Origin: Bacteroidetes bacterium GWB2_32_14
GTDB lineage: Bacteria; Bacteroidota; Bacteroidia; Bacteroidales; UBA12077
Direction of reading: 5' to 3'
Assembly: GCA_001768235.1 (NCBI GenBank)
Contig: MENK01000003.1
Location: forward strand, 85,791-149,790
Length of the DNA: 64,000 nucleotides
A program made the translations under genes and the position numbers. This document shows, one piece after another, positions 36,800 through 46,242 of this stretch. Under the pieces are notes generated by a model. That model ran no database searches and was not told the origin of the DNA. It saw only the letters and a program-made list of their open reading frames with translations. Within the stretch, counting starts at the first letter, position 1. Every line of letters starts with the position of its first letter.

Positions 36800-38845
36800 T
36801 TATTTTATTAATTCAACACTTCGTTTAACAAATTTAGTTAAGTCCTCTCCTTTTAGCATATTGTTTGCAAGTAAAGCCAAATCAATAAGTTGCTTAACCA
36901 ACTTATTCTCTTTCCCGTATGTTTCGAGCAATTCTTTCTTCTGTTTTTTTAGCGTTTCAATATTCTTTTCAACATCCGACAATTTATCTTTTTCAGACTG
37001 GTTAATTTCTTCTTCTTTTTTATCTTTTTGACTATTATTTAATTTTTCCTTTTCCTCTTCAACCGGTTTTAACTCGTCAAGTAACTTCGAAATTTTTGTT
37101 CCGATTTTCTTATCTTTTTGTTCCGATATTTTGGCTAAAAGCTTATGGTTTGAGTTTATAACAAGATTAAAACTATCAGGAAGATTACCATAAAAGTTCA
37201 TCCCACCACTCATGGCAGCCATATCTTTCATGCGTCGCATGAATTCTGATTGCGTAATAACAATAGGATCATCGTTTTCTTTCATATTCTCAAAGGAAAC
37301 AATAAAGGTGTTATTTTTAGGCAACTGGCTTTCGAACATTGCTGTAAGTTGGTCCTTTTCTTCAGATGAAAGACTTGATTCTTCAATATCATCTTTTTTA
37401 ATGAGCTTATCAACCACATCAGAATCAACACGCATAAATCGTGAATCTTTAAACTTCTGTTCGAGTTGATTAATAAAATGAGTATCTAATTGGCCATCCA
37501 TCAACAAAACGTCATAGCCTTTTTGTTTCGCATTTTCTATAAATGTAAATTGCTGGTCTTTATCCGTTGCATAAAGATAAACCAGGGTTTTATTTTTATC
37601 GGTTTGGTTTTCTTTAATCAGTTTCTCGTATTCTTCGAAAGTAAAATACTTTGAATCGGTATTTTTTAGAAGAGTAAAATCTTTGGCTTTATCGTAAAAT
37701 TTTTCGTCTGTAAGCATTCCATATTCTATAAATACTTTCAGGTCGTCCCATTTTTGTTCAAACTGCGAACGATCATTCTTAAAAATATCTTCAAGCCTGT
37801 CGCCCACTTTTTTAGTAATATGGCTCGATATTTTTTTAACATTTGAATCACTTTGTAAGTAACTTCTCGAAACATTTAATGGAATATCGGGAGAATCTAA
37901 AACACCATGTAAAAGAGTTAAAAATTCAGGTACAATACCTTCAACCGAATCTGTTACAAAAACCTGGTTGGCATATAGCTGTATCTTATTTTTTTGAACT
38001 TCAATGTTGTTCTTAATCTTGGGAAAATAAAGTATTCCGGTTAGATTAAACGGGTAATCCACGTTTAAGTGAATATGAAATAAGGGTTCTTCTTTAAACG
38101 GGTATAATTTGTCATAAAACAACTTATAATCTTCATCTTTTAAGTCAGCGGGTTTTCTTGTCCATAAAGGATTCGTGTCATTTATAATGTGATCTTTATC
38201 TGTTTCAACTTCTTTGCCGTCTTTCCAATCTTTTTCTTTTCCAAAAGCAATTTCTACAGGTAAGAATCTGCAATATTTATTTAATAAATCTTTAATCTTA
38301 CTTTCTTCAGCAAATTCTTTCGATTCATCATCAATATGTAAAATAATATCGGTACCACGCTCGTTTTTCTCAACTTCTTCGATTGAATACTCGGGGCTTC
38401 CATCGCATTCCCATTTTACAGCTTTTGCATCGTCTTTATAAGATTTGGTAATTATCTCTACTTTCTTAGATACCATGAAGGATGAGTAAAAACCCAGGCC
38501 AAATTTACCAATAATGGCTGTTTGATCTTTAAATTTATTTAAAAACTCCCCGGCACTCGAAAAAGCAATCTGATTGATATATTTTTCAACTTCTTCGTTA
38601 GTCATTCCTATTCCTCTATCGCTAACAGTAAGTGTTTTCTTTTTTTTATCGAGAGAAACACGAATAGTTAAATCGCCAAGGTCGCCTTTAATTTCGCCCA
38701 TGGAAGAAAGCTTTTTAAGCTTTTGAGTAGCATCAATTGCATTTGAAACGAGTTCGCGTAAAAATATCTCGTGATCTGAGTAGAGAAACTTTTTAATTAT
38801 TGGGAAAATATTCTCTGTTGTTACTCCAATTTTACCTGTTTGCAT
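36800..38845 (-). CDS. htpG: molecular chaperone HtpG (Hsp90)
   Basis: 681 aa. N-terminal GHKL ATPase motifs (FLRELVSNAIDA, DRGIGM, GKFGLGFYS), followed by Hsp90 middle and C-terminal domains. Confidence 0.95.
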   Translation of the reverse strand: MQTGKIGVTTENIFPIIKKFLYSDHEIFLRELVSNAIDATQKLKKLSSMGEIKGDLGDLTIRVSLDKKKKTLTVSDRGIGMTNEEVEKYINQIAFSSAGEFLNKFKDQTAIIGKFGLGFYSSFMVSKKVEIITKSYKDDAKAVKWECDGSPEYSIEEVEKNERGTDIILHIDDESKEFAEESKIKDLLNKYCRFLPVEIAFGKEKDWKDGKEVETDKDHIINDTNPLWTRKPADLKDEDYKLFYDKLYPFKEEPLFHIHLNVDYPFNLTGILYFPKIKNNIEVQKNKIQLYANQVFVTDSVEGIVPEFLTLLHGVLDSPDIPLNVSRSYLQSDSNVKKISSHITKKVGDRLEDIFKNDRSQFEQKWDDLKVFIEYGMLTDEKFYDKAKDFTLLKNTDSKYFTFEEYEKLIKENQTDKNKTLVYLYATDKDQQFTFIENAKQKGYDVLLMDGQLDTHFINQLEQKFKDSRFMRVDSDVVDKLIKKDDIEESSLSSEEKDQLTAMFESQLPKNNTFIVSFENMKENDDPIVITQSEFMRRMKDMAAMSGGMNFYGNLPDSFNLVINSNHKLLAKISEQKDKKIGTKISKLLDELKPVEEEKEKLNNSQKDKKEEEINQSEKDKLSDVEKNIETLKKQKKELLETYGKENKLVKQLIDLALLANNMLKGEDLTKFVKRSVELIK

Positions 38846-39038
38846 ATTGTTATTTATTTTGAGTTTTACATTATTTCAATGTTTGCTTATTTTCAAAGTA
38901 CATGCCATTATTAAGATACTGACAAATAGACAGAATAGAGGAAAATAACTATTTAGTTAATGAAATAATAGCAGGAATACTGATTTACAAAAATCAGTTG
39001 TTATTCGAATCCAATTCTTAATCATTCAGCTTTGTATT

Positions 39039-39584
39039 TTAAGTGGCAAACCACTGAGGAAATAAAATATAAACAAAAGCTATTAATCCGGCGATAAGTA
39101 AGAAAAAAATGATGAAAAGTTTAGTTGCAAACCAGCTTGATTGTTTTTTCAAGATAAAATTTTTCTGACTTAAAATTCCTTTTATGTTGTTCTCGAGCCG
39201 GAGCAGGAAATTCTCGTTTTTCTTAATAAAAGTATATGCACCAAAATGAAATGCAGAAGAAACCAAATTAATATCATCATTATCAGAGTATAAGATTACT
39301 TCTGATTTGGGATTTATTTGCTTAATTTTTTTTAATACATCAATTATTTCCACGGGGTTACCATTATCATCCATTTCAAGAATTGTTGAAACAAAAACTA
39401 TGGATACATTTTTCCTGGATGGTTTCAGAAGAACAAAATCGCTGAAAAAGTCTTTGCTCCTTGAATAAATCTGAACATTATAATCATTTACATCTTCAAA
39501 GTTTGAAAGTACATCGCGAATGTACTGATCATCATTGTCGATAAAATAAACAAACACATTACTTTTTAATATCCTGTCCTTCAT
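39039..39584 (-). CDS. receiver-like (pseudo-receiver) domain protein with C-terminal TM anchor
   Basis: 181 aa. REC-like layout (VYFIDNDD ... SIVFVSTILEMDDNGNP ... VILYSDNDD ... GAYTFIKK) but with Ser/Thr where the phospho-Asp is expected in my manual alignment. Ends in a TM helix (LFIIFFLLIAGLIAFVYILF). Confidence 0.55.
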   Translation of the reverse strand: MKDRILKSNVFVYFIDNDDQYIRDVLSNFEDVNDYNVQIYSRSKDFFSDFVLLKPSRKNVSIVFVSTILEMDDNGNPVEIIDVLKKIKQINPKSEVILYSDNDDINLVSSAFHFGAYTFIKKNENFLLRLENNIKGILSQKNFILKKQSSWFATKLFIIFFLLIAGLIAFVYILFPQWFAT

Positions 39585-39705
39585 ATTTATTGTAAATCAT
39601 TTTTAAAATTAATCGTTCTTATAAAAGAAGTCAAGAGAGAAACTAAAAGTAAGCAGATTAAAACTTCAAACCTGTAATTCAATATTATTCATAAAAATCA
39701 ATATT

Positions 39706-40566
39706 TTAAATATCTCCTTTAATTTCAATATCGGAATATTCAATCCATTTCCCCTTTTTGAATTTTAACCCGTCATACGAAAAATCAGGTCCATAAAACT
39801 CATATTGGCCCTTTAAAAATGATTTTGATGGTGATAAATGATCATAAACAATCATTTTTACATTCAAATCATATGTTAATGTCATACTTGCCCTAACATT
39901 AAATTCAAATATTACCCTGGTAAAAAACTTGTTTGATTGTTCAAAAATCTGTTCCCCGAAAACAGGTATTTCATTTTGGTCAAAATACAAAACATCAATA
40001 ATTTTCTTTTTAGTTAAGAAATTATTCAAATCAGAAGCAAGCAAGGTGTAATATATCTTATTTTTATATTTTGTTTGTATAACCCGGTAATATAATGCTC
40101 CGTACCAATTTGTATTATTTAAAACAGCAAATTCCGGATTTTTTATTTCATCTGATTTATCCATTAGTTCAAATACAAGATTTTGTTTCTTCTTCTTGCT
40201 GTAATACTGAATGAATCCAAAATATTTGTGGGTTCCATCGTTAAGCGGAATATTCCAGGTATAAATTTTTAATTTGTCATCGCCTGACTGAATAAAACCA
40301 ATGTTTTTTACTGAATTTACAGGGTACTTGAACGATTCTTCTTTACTTAAAAAAAAACGCATATATTCTAATACCCTGTTATTTAATATAAGTTTATTTT
40401 CATCGTTTTTCTCAGAAATTATTTTTGTAAAGCAATTATTCAGGCTATCTGTTATAGTAATTAAATCAATATTCTGAGCAAAAAGCTTATTAACAAATAC
40501 AAATAGAATAAAAGAAAAGAAGACCCTTTTAGAAAAATACAATTTCGTTTTTATAAACATATTCAT
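39706..40566 (-). CDS. hypothetical secreted protein
   Basis: 286 aa. Signal-peptide-like N-terminus (FFSFILFVFVNKLFAQ). No family recognised. Lies 15 nt downstream of the aminotransferase gene on the same strand. Confidence 0.6.
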   Translation of the reverse strand: MNMFIKTKLYFSKRVFFSFILFVFVNKLFAQNIDLITITDSLNNCFTKIISEKNDENKLILNNRVLEYMRFFLSKEESFKYPVNSVKNIGFIQSGDDKLKIYTWNIPLNDGTHKYFGFIQYYSKKKKQNLVFELMDKSDEIKNPEFAVLNNTNWYGALYYRVIQTKYKNKIYYTLLASDLNNFLTKKKIIDVLYFDQNEIPVFGEQIFEQSNKFFTRVIFEFNVRASMTLTYDLNVKMIVYDHLSPSKSFLKGQYEFYGPDFSYDGLKFKKGKWIEYSDIEIKGDI

Positions 40567-40581
40567 TTAAAATCCAGTTTA

Positions 40582-41772
40582 TTATTTAATTGATTCATCA
40601 ATTGAATCTATTAAAATACTACATGCTTTTTCGATCTGGGAGTTACTTATTGTAAGTGGTGGTGATATTCGAAAAGCTCTATCATGAAATAAAAACCAAT
40701 CTGTTACTAATCCTTTTGTTATTGCTATGTCGATTACTTTTTTAACCTGCTTAAAATTCTCAAGTTCAACAGCTAAGAACAAACCGGTTCCTCTTATTTC
40801 CTTTATTTCTTTATGTTTCAAAAGCTTCCTGAATAAATTTTCTTTTGCAGGGATTGATTGAATAAGCTTTTCATTTAAGATTACATCTAACGAAGCTATA
40901 GCGGCAGCACATGAAACAGGATGCCCCCCAAAAGTGGTTATATGCCCAAGAATTGGGTTTGTTTTCAGGCTACCCATAATTCTGTTTGATGAAATGAATG
41001 CACCCAGAGGCATTCCGCCTCCCATTCCCTTAGCAACTGTTAAAATATCCGGGGTAACCCCATATTTCATAAATGCAAATAGTTCTCCTGTTCTTCCAAA
41101 CCCTGTCTGAATTTCATCGAAAATTAATATCGTTTTTGTTTCAGAACACTTTTTACGCAGCTTGTCTAAAAAATTTAACCCGGGAATAATTATTCCCGCT
41201 TCTCCCTGAACCGGTTCAACAAGTACACAGGCTGTTTTGCTTGATATTTTTTCAATATCTGAGAAATTATTAAACTCAAGGAAACGGATATCCGGTAAAA
41301 GTGGCCTGAACGAGTTCTTAAACATTTCGTTCCCCATTACACTTAATGAGCCATGAGTACTTCCATGGTATGCATTTTTAAATGCAATTATTTCCGATCT
41401 GCCGGTAAATCTCTTTGCAAGCTTTAAAGCACCTTCAATCGCTTCGCTTCCTGAATTTACAAAATAAACCGAGCTCAAACTTTCAGGTAATAAACTTGTT
41501 AGTTTTGAAGCATAAGCAACCTGTGGCGATTGTATATACTCGCCATATACCATTAGATGTAAATATTTATCAACTTGTTTTTTTATTGCATCAACAACTT
41601 GTGGATGCCTGTGCCCGACATTACTAACAGAAACCCCTGAAGTTAAATCAATATATTCTTTATCATGAATATCATACATGTAAATGCCTTCAGCCCTTTC
41701 AATTTCTAATTGTAAAGGAAAATCCGATGTTTGCCCCACATGTTGCAAAAATAATTGTCGTTGTGAAATCAT
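40582..41772 (-). CDS. class-III (acetylornithine/ornithine-type) aminotransferase
   Basis: 396 aa. Motifs NSGSEA.E.A.K.A, FDEIQTGFGRTG, and the PLP lysine in TVAKGMGGG. Confidence 0.85.
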   Translation of the reverse strand: MISQRQLFLQHVGQTSDFPLQLEIERAEGIYMYDIHDKEYIDLTSGVSVSNVGHRHPQVVDAIKKQVDKYLHLMVYGEYIQSPQVAYASKLTSLLPESLSSVYFVNSGSEAIEGALKLAKRFTGRSEIIAFKNAYHGSTHGSLSVMGNEMFKNSFRPLLPDIRFLEFNNFSDIEKISSKTACVLVEPVQGEAGIIIPGLNFLDKLRKKCSETKTILIFDEIQTGFGRTGELFAFMKYGVTPDILTVAKGMGGGMPLGAFISSNRIMGSLKTNPILGHITTFGGHPVSCAAAIASLDVILNEKLIQSIPAKENLFRKLLKHKEIKEIRGTGLFLAVELENFKQVKKVIDIAITKGLVTDWFLFHDRAFRISPPLTISNSQIEKACSILIDSIDESIK

Positions 41773-41784
41773 ATTTTATTAAAC

Positions 41785-41806
41785 AAAAAAGGGGGGAATC
41801 CCCCGG
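41785..41806 (-). terminator. candidate terminator after the LytTR regulator gene
   Basis: Minus strand: ggggg-att-ccccc followed by cttttttgttt. Confidence 0.5.
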
Positions 41807-41829
41807 TTTAAAAAGAGTTGTAAATATTT

Positions 41830-42534
41830 CTACCTTCCCATCAGGTTTATATCATTCATAAATTTTTCCTTATATGCTTTACCTATAGGAATAATTTTAT
41901 TGCCCTCGTTATTTTTCATTAGTATGGAATTGTCTTCTATACGGACTATTTTACTAATATTTATTATAAACGAACGGTGAACACGTTTAAAAAATGAAGA
42001 TGGTAATTGATTTTCAATTGATTTCATTGTAAAATGAATAGTAAACTTTTCGGTAAATGAATTAATAATAACGTAGTTTTCAAGAGCCTCTATCCATAAT
42101 ATATCATCATATTTTAACCGGACCAATGCAGAATTCTTTTTAATAAATATTTCGTCCAGCTGCCTATGCTTTTTTGATTCGTGCGTATTTCTGGCTTTTA
42201 ATACAGCTTTATAAAACCTGCTGTATGTAATTGGTTTAAGTAAATAATCCGTAACATCGTAATCAAAAGCATTTATTGCATATTTTTCTTTTGAAGAAAT
42301 AATAATGACTTGAGGTAAATTTTTTAATGTATTAAGAAAATCCAATCCATCCATCATTGGCATTTCAATATCCAGGAAAATTAAATCTATATCTGAGGCA
42401 ATATCATCAGAATTATTAATAGCTTCAATTGCATTATGGAAAGAATTTTTAAGATTAAGAAACTCTGTTCTGCCAACAAATTCTTCTATCACGCGTCTCG
42501 AAAGGGCATCATCGTCAATAATTATACAATTCAT
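41830..42534 (-). CDS. LytR/AlgR-family response regulator (REC + LytTR DNA-binding domain)
   Basis: 234 aa. Motifs IIIDDD, DLIFLDIEMP, LLKP. The C-terminal LytTR pattern is ...I.WIEA..NYV.I......F......K..E..LP...F.RVHRSFI.N. Confidence 0.85.
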   Translation of the reverse strand: MNCIIIDDDALSRRVIEEFVGRTEFLNLKNSFHNAIEAINNSDDIASDIDLIFLDIEMPMMDGLDFLNTLKNLPQVIIISSKEKYAINAFDYDVTDYLLKPITYSRFYKAVLKARNTHESKKHRQLDEIFIKKNSALVRLKYDDILWIEALENYVIINSFTEKFTIHFTMKSIENQLPSSFFKRVHRSFIINISKIVRIEDNSILMKNNEGNKIIPIGKAYKEKFMNDINLMGR

Positions 42535-42639
42535 AATTTATTGTAAATATTTACTCAAATATAGGAATAATTTAATAAAAAAAGGCTATCATCTTTTTAT
42601 AAATTGTACATGAAAATACAAAAAAGAATGATTAAATGT

Positions 42640-43308
42640 TTATTTCTTTTGATAAAATTTTTTAATAAGTAATTCTGGTTTCCTAAGGGTTTGTTTTAAC
42701 CAGCAAAGCATAATCTCATCTTTTTCTGCATCAGTCAATTGCCAATTAATATCCGACATCCTGAGTTTCCGGGTTAATTCGTACATTATTATGGCAGCTG
42801 AAACAGAAATATTAAAACTTTCGGTAAAGCCCACCATTGGTATTTTAAGGTATTCATCGGCGTTATCGAGTACTATATCGGAAAGGCCATTCAGCTCAGT
42901 ACCAAAAAACAAAGCAACTTTCCCATTATTCAGGTTCAGTTTTTCGAGATCGATATCATTTTTATGTGGGGTTGTTGCAATTATTCTATATCCATTATTT
43001 TTTAGAAAATGAATGGTTTCAAGAGTATTGTTTTCTGAATTATTGTATTTGTACAAATTAAGCCAGTTTGCAGAACCCAGGGAAACATCGGGATTTACCT
43101 GGTACTGGTATTTGTTTTCAATAATATGGATATCCTGTAAACCAAAACAATCGGCTGTTCTAAGAACAGCACTGGCATTTTGAGACTGAAAAATATCTTC
43201 CAGAACTACAGTAATATACCGCGTTCTATTATTAAGAACTTTCTGAAAGTTTGAAAATCGTTCTTCTAAAACAAATTCTTTTAAAAAGTCTATAAGTTCT
43301 TTGCTCAT
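42640..43308 (-). CDS. TrmH/SpoU-family tRNA/rRNA 2'-O-methyltransferase
   Basis: The track start at 43344 is TTG. The ATG at 43308 gives MSKELIDFL. SpoU motifs N.SAVLRTAD.FG, LFFGTE..GLS and IPM.G...S.N.SV. Confidence 0.8.
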   Translation of the reverse strand: MSKELIDFLKEFVLEERFSNFQKVLNNRTRYITVVLEDIFQSQNASAVLRTADCFGLQDIHIIENKYQYQVNPDVSLGSANWLNLYKYNNSENNTLETIHFLKNNGYRIIATTPHKNDIDLEKLNLNNGKVALFFGTELNGLSDIVLDNADEYLKIPMVGFTESFNISVSAAIIMYELTRKLRMSDINWQLTDAEKDEIMLCWLKQTLRKPELLIKKFYQKK

Positions 43309-43379
43309 AGCTCTAAAGTAAATGAATAAAAAAAGGGAGTACAAATATAAATGTACTCCCTACATAAAAAACAATTTTG

Positions 43380-43655
43380 TTATTTATTTACAGAATCAGC
43401 TAGATCGCTACCTGCTTTGAATTTAACAACTTTTTTAGCTTTAATAGTGATAGGTTTACCAGTTTGTGGATTTCTACCAGTTCTAGCATTTCTTTTAGCA
43501 ACTGAGAAAGAACCAAAACCTACTAAAGCAACTCTGTTACCTTTTTTCAAAGAAGTAGTTGTGCTTTTAATGAAAGCGTCTAAAGCTTTTTTAGCATCTG
43601 CTTTTGTTAATTTAGCATCGTGTGCAATTGCATCAATTAATTCTGCTTTGTTCAT
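43380..43655 (-). CDS. HU-family DNA-binding protein
   Basis: 91 aa. [11 protein letters not shown]....[11 protein letters not shown]...........G.RV.L.GFGSF.V.KR.AR.GRNPQTG..I.I.A...V.FK.G is the canonical HU pattern. Confidence 0.92.
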   Translation of the reverse strand: MNKAELIDAIAHDAKLTKADAKKALDAFIKSTTTSLKKGNRVALVGFGSFSVAKRNARTGRNPQTGKPITIKAKKVVKFKAGSDLADSVNK

Positions 43656-43702
43656 AATAAAAAATTTTTAGGGTTAGTAAATATTATTTTCCTATATACA
43701 TA

Positions 43703-43733
43703 CAAATATAGAGTATTTATCATGTTTTGCAAA
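43703..43733 (-). promoter_or_regulatory. Bacteroidota-type promoter of the HU gene
   Basis: Minus strand reads TTTG (43733-43730), a 19-nt spacer, then TATATTTG (43710-43703). This is an exact match to -33 TTTG / -7 TAnnTTTG, about 48 nt upstream of the HU ATG. Confidence 0.5.
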
Positions 43734-43891
43734 TGTTCTGTTAAAAAAAATGCGTTTTTATTGATAAAAATGAGGTTTTTGTTAATAATTTGACTAAAAA
43801 ACAGAGTGAATCGTTCACTTTTGAACAGTTCGTAGTCTTTTTTATTAAAAAAATTGTAAAAGAAAATCACGAAAAGAAAAAATACAAAAAT

Positions 43892-43922
43892 TTTGCACAA
43901 ATGAAAATTAATTTTACTTTTG
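43892..43922 (+). promoter_or_regulatory. Bacteroidota-type promoter of tRNA-Ser(UGA)
   Basis: TTTG (43892-43895), a 19-nt spacer, then TACTTTTG (43915-43922). The -7 box ends 5 nt before the tRNA 5' end. Confidence 0.55.
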
Positions 43923-43927
43923 CCCCC

Positions 43928-44017
43928 GGAGAAATGGCAGAGCGGTCTAATGCGGCGGTCTTGAAAACCGTTGACCGTGTGAGCGGTCCGGGGGTTCGAA
44001 TCCCTCTTTCTCCGCCA
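43928..44017 (+). tRNA. tRNA-Ser (anticodon UGA), CCA encoded
   Basis: Hand-folded. Acceptor stem ggagaaa/tttctcc, anticodon stem gcggt/accgt with loop cTTGAaa (anticodon TGA), a long variable arm (class II), T-arm ggggg-ttcgaat-ccctc, discriminator G, then CCA. Confidence 0.9.
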
Positions 44018-44020
44018 GTA

Positions 44021-44049
44021 AAGCAGTTCATTCGTTGAACTGCTTTTTT
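44021..44049 (+). terminator. Rho-independent terminator after tRNA-Ser(UGA)
   Basis: 10-bp stem aagcagttca-ttcg-tgaactgctt, running into a T-tract (to 44049). Confidence 0.6.
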
Positions 44050-44164
44050 ACAGGTTTCAATTTGACCCGGAAATACTTATCGGAAAACCTATTAAACCCT
44101 TTAAATTATTCTCTTTAGTAAATTATATATTTTAAAACAGATACTAAATTCATTTTCTTTTTTC

Positions 44165-44172
44165 TATTTTTG
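44165..44172 (+). promoter_or_regulatory. -7 promoter element upstream of tRNA-Ser(CGA)
   Basis: TATTTTTG matches TAnnTTTG exactly and ends 4 nt before the tRNA 5' end. No clear -33 TTTG was found. Confidence 0.35.
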
Positions 44173-44176
44173 CAAC

Positions 44177-44266
44177 GGAGAAATGCCGGAGTGGTCGATC
44201 GGGACGGTCTCGAAAACCGTTGTACTGGCAACGGTACCGAGGGTTCGAATCCCTCTTTCTCCGCCA
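44177..44266 (+). tRNA. tRNA-Ser (anticodon CGA), CCA encoded
   Basis: Hand-folded. Same acceptor stem ggagaaa/tttctcc, anticodon stem acggt/accgt with loop cTCGAaa (anticodon CGA), a long variable arm, T-arm gaggg-ttcgaat-ccctc, then G + CCA. Confidence 0.9.
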
Positions 44267-44276
44267 ATGAATACTT

Positions 44277-44306
44277 TCCCGTTGAAAAGCGGGATTTTTA
44301 TTTTTC
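44277..44306 (+). terminator. candidate terminator after tRNA-Ser(CGA)
   Basis: Sequence tcccg-ttgaaaag-cggga followed by tttttattttt. The stem is short and GC-rich. Confidence 0.4.
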
Positions 44307-44352
44307 AGATGTTTGTGTTATGCGAGTTTGAAAATGATGAATAAAATAAGAG

Positions 44353-46176
44353 TTAAAATATCTCGAGATCGTTGAGGCGAGCGTATATTCCATTCAATTT
44401 AATTACCTCTTCGTGGTTTCCTTTTTCAACAATCCTGCCTTTATCTAAAACTATTATCTGGTTAGCGTTTTTTACTGTTGATAACCGATGAGCAATAACA
44501 ATCGTAGTACGATTGTTCATTAAATTTCCTATTGCATCTCTTACTGCAAGTTCAGATTCATTATCAAGAGCAGATGTTGCTTCATCAAGAATCAATATTG
44601 GCGGATTTTTTAATATTGCCCTGGCAATACTAATGCGTTGTTTTTCCCCTAATGATAACTTGCTTCCTCCTTCACCTATTGATGTTTGATATCCATGTTT
44701 TTGTTTAATGATGAAGTTATGGGCATTGGCCAGGCGGGAAGCTACTTCGACATCTTCCTTTGATATATCTTTTTGTCCAAATACAATATTGTTATATATG
44801 GTATCATTAAAAAGAATGGTTTGCTGGTTTACGTAGCCAAACAAATTGCGTAAATCGTAGATGTTATAGTTTTTTAATATTATTTCATCAAGTAAAATTT
44901 TTCCTTCAGAAGGATCGTAGAAGCGAGGTATTAAATCAACAAGGGTTGACTTTCCGGAACCTGAATGGCCAACAATAGCTATAACCTCACCTTTTTTTAT
45001 TGTTAAATTGATATTAGAAAGTACATTTATTTTATCAGAACCATAACTAAATGAAACATCTTTGAATTCAATCGAGTTCTTAAAATCAGCTATTTTTACC
45101 GGGTTTTCAATTTCTTCAACCTTATACCGGAAGTTAAGTATCGTATTAATCCTGTTAACAGATGCCATACCTTTTATAATATTATAGTATCCGTTAGAAA
45201 AAGAGCGAACAGGACTAATTATTTGAGTAAATACAGCCAAATAACCAATAAAAACGGGGGATGTAAAAGTGCTACCCGGAGCTAATACCAATTTTACACC
45301 AACCCACATGATTATTAGTATTGTAGAAACTGTGACTAAATCGCTAAAAGGTGTTACAAATACTCGTTTACGCCATGCCTTTTCTAAAAGAATTGTGTAA
45401 TATTGATTGATTTTAAAAAATCTGTTTTTTACAAATTCTTCAGAATTATAGGCTTTTATAACTTTTATACCTCCAAGTATTTCATTAAGAACACTAATTA
45501 AAGAACCCATTTGCTTTTGACCTTTTAATGATGCCCTCTTCAGCGATTTACCAACGCGTGTAACAATAAATGCAGATAGTGGAAATATAACAATAATAAA
45601 CAGGGTTAATTTTAAACTCATTACACATAATACATACAGGTATATAGTAATAAGAATAGGATCTTTAAATAATACATCAAGTGAATTAATAATAGATATT
45701 TCAATTTCTTTTACATCCAGAGTCATTTTAGATATAATATCGCCCCGTTTTTGAGTATAGAAATAACTTAAATCAAAATCAAGTATTTTATTAAGTAATG
45801 TATTTCGGATATCTTTTACAATATGTGTTCTCAAATGAATCGTATATGAACGTCCCAGGTAAAAAAAGACGTTCTTTAAAAGGGTAAAAACCGCAACTAT
45901 AACAATAATATACAACAAAGCATCAATTTGTCCTTTTTCAGTAATTATTTTACCAAGGAAATAATTAAAATTTTGTTGAATTACAGTTGCATTAAAACGA
46001 AAAGGAATTGGGTTTTCTATCACCTGCTGTTTTGAAAACAATATTCCCAAAAAAGGAATAATCATTGTAAATGATATTACAGAAAAAATTGCAGCCAGGA
46101 GGTTGAATAAAATGCTTAAAAAAGCCTTTAGTTTATATGGTATTAAATATTGAATAATATTTTTTAATCCCGACAT
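44353..46176 (-). CDS. ABC transporter permease/ATP-binding fusion protein (MsbA-like exporter)
   Basis: 607 aa. Six-TM exporter domain, Walker A GHSGSGKST, signature LSLGEKQR, Walker B ILILDEATSALD, and the H-loop. Confidence 0.9.
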   Translation of the reverse strand: MSGLKNIIQYLIPYKLKAFLSILFNLLAAIFSVISFTMIIPFLGILFSKQQVIENPIPFRFNATVIQQNFNYFLGKIITEKGQIDALLYIIVIVAVFTLLKNVFFYLGRSYTIHLRTHIVKDIRNTLLNKILDFDLSYFYTQKRGDIISKMTLDVKEIEISIINSLDVLFKDPILITIYLYVLCVMSLKLTLFIIVIFPLSAFIVTRVGKSLKRASLKGQKQMGSLISVLNEILGGIKVIKAYNSEEFVKNRFFKINQYYTILLEKAWRKRVFVTPFSDLVTVSTILIIMWVGVKLVLAPGSTFTSPVFIGYLAVFTQIISPVRSFSNGYYNIIKGMASVNRINTILNFRYKVEEIENPVKIADFKNSIEFKDVSFSYGSDKINVLSNINLTIKKGEVIAIVGHSGSGKSTLVDLIPRFYDPSEGKILLDEIILKNYNIYDLRNLFGYVNQQTILFNDTIYNNIVFGQKDISKEDVEVASRLANAHNFIIKQKHGYQTSIGEGGSKLSLGEKQRISIARAILKNPPILILDEATSALDNESELAVRDAIGNLMNNRTTIVIAHRLSTVKNANQIIVLDKGRIVEKGNHEEVIKLNGIYARLNDLEIF

Positions 46177-46242
46177 AATTCTTATAGTCCTCTGTATAGA
46201 ATCAAAGGTATAAAAATTTCACTTTAAAACAGTGTAACTATA

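Noticed and set aside
43790-44038. 82-aa ORF in the track spanning the HU/tRNA spacer.
   Set aside because: Its 3' half is simply the tRNA-Ser(UGA) gene read as protein (…GEMAERSNAAVLKTVDRVSGPGVRIPLSPP). The tRNA fold and its promoter explain the sequence.
43992-44266. Identical 26-nt sequence (gggttcgaatccctctttctccgcca) at 43992-44017 and 44241-44266, considered as possible att-type direct repeats of an element integrated at a tRNA-Ser.
   Set aside because: Both copies are the T-arm/acceptor 3' ends of two complete, differently anticodoned tRNA-Ser genes, so the shared arms are isoacceptor identity. Only 159 nt with no coding capacity lie between the two tRNAs, and there is no integrase anywhere nearby.
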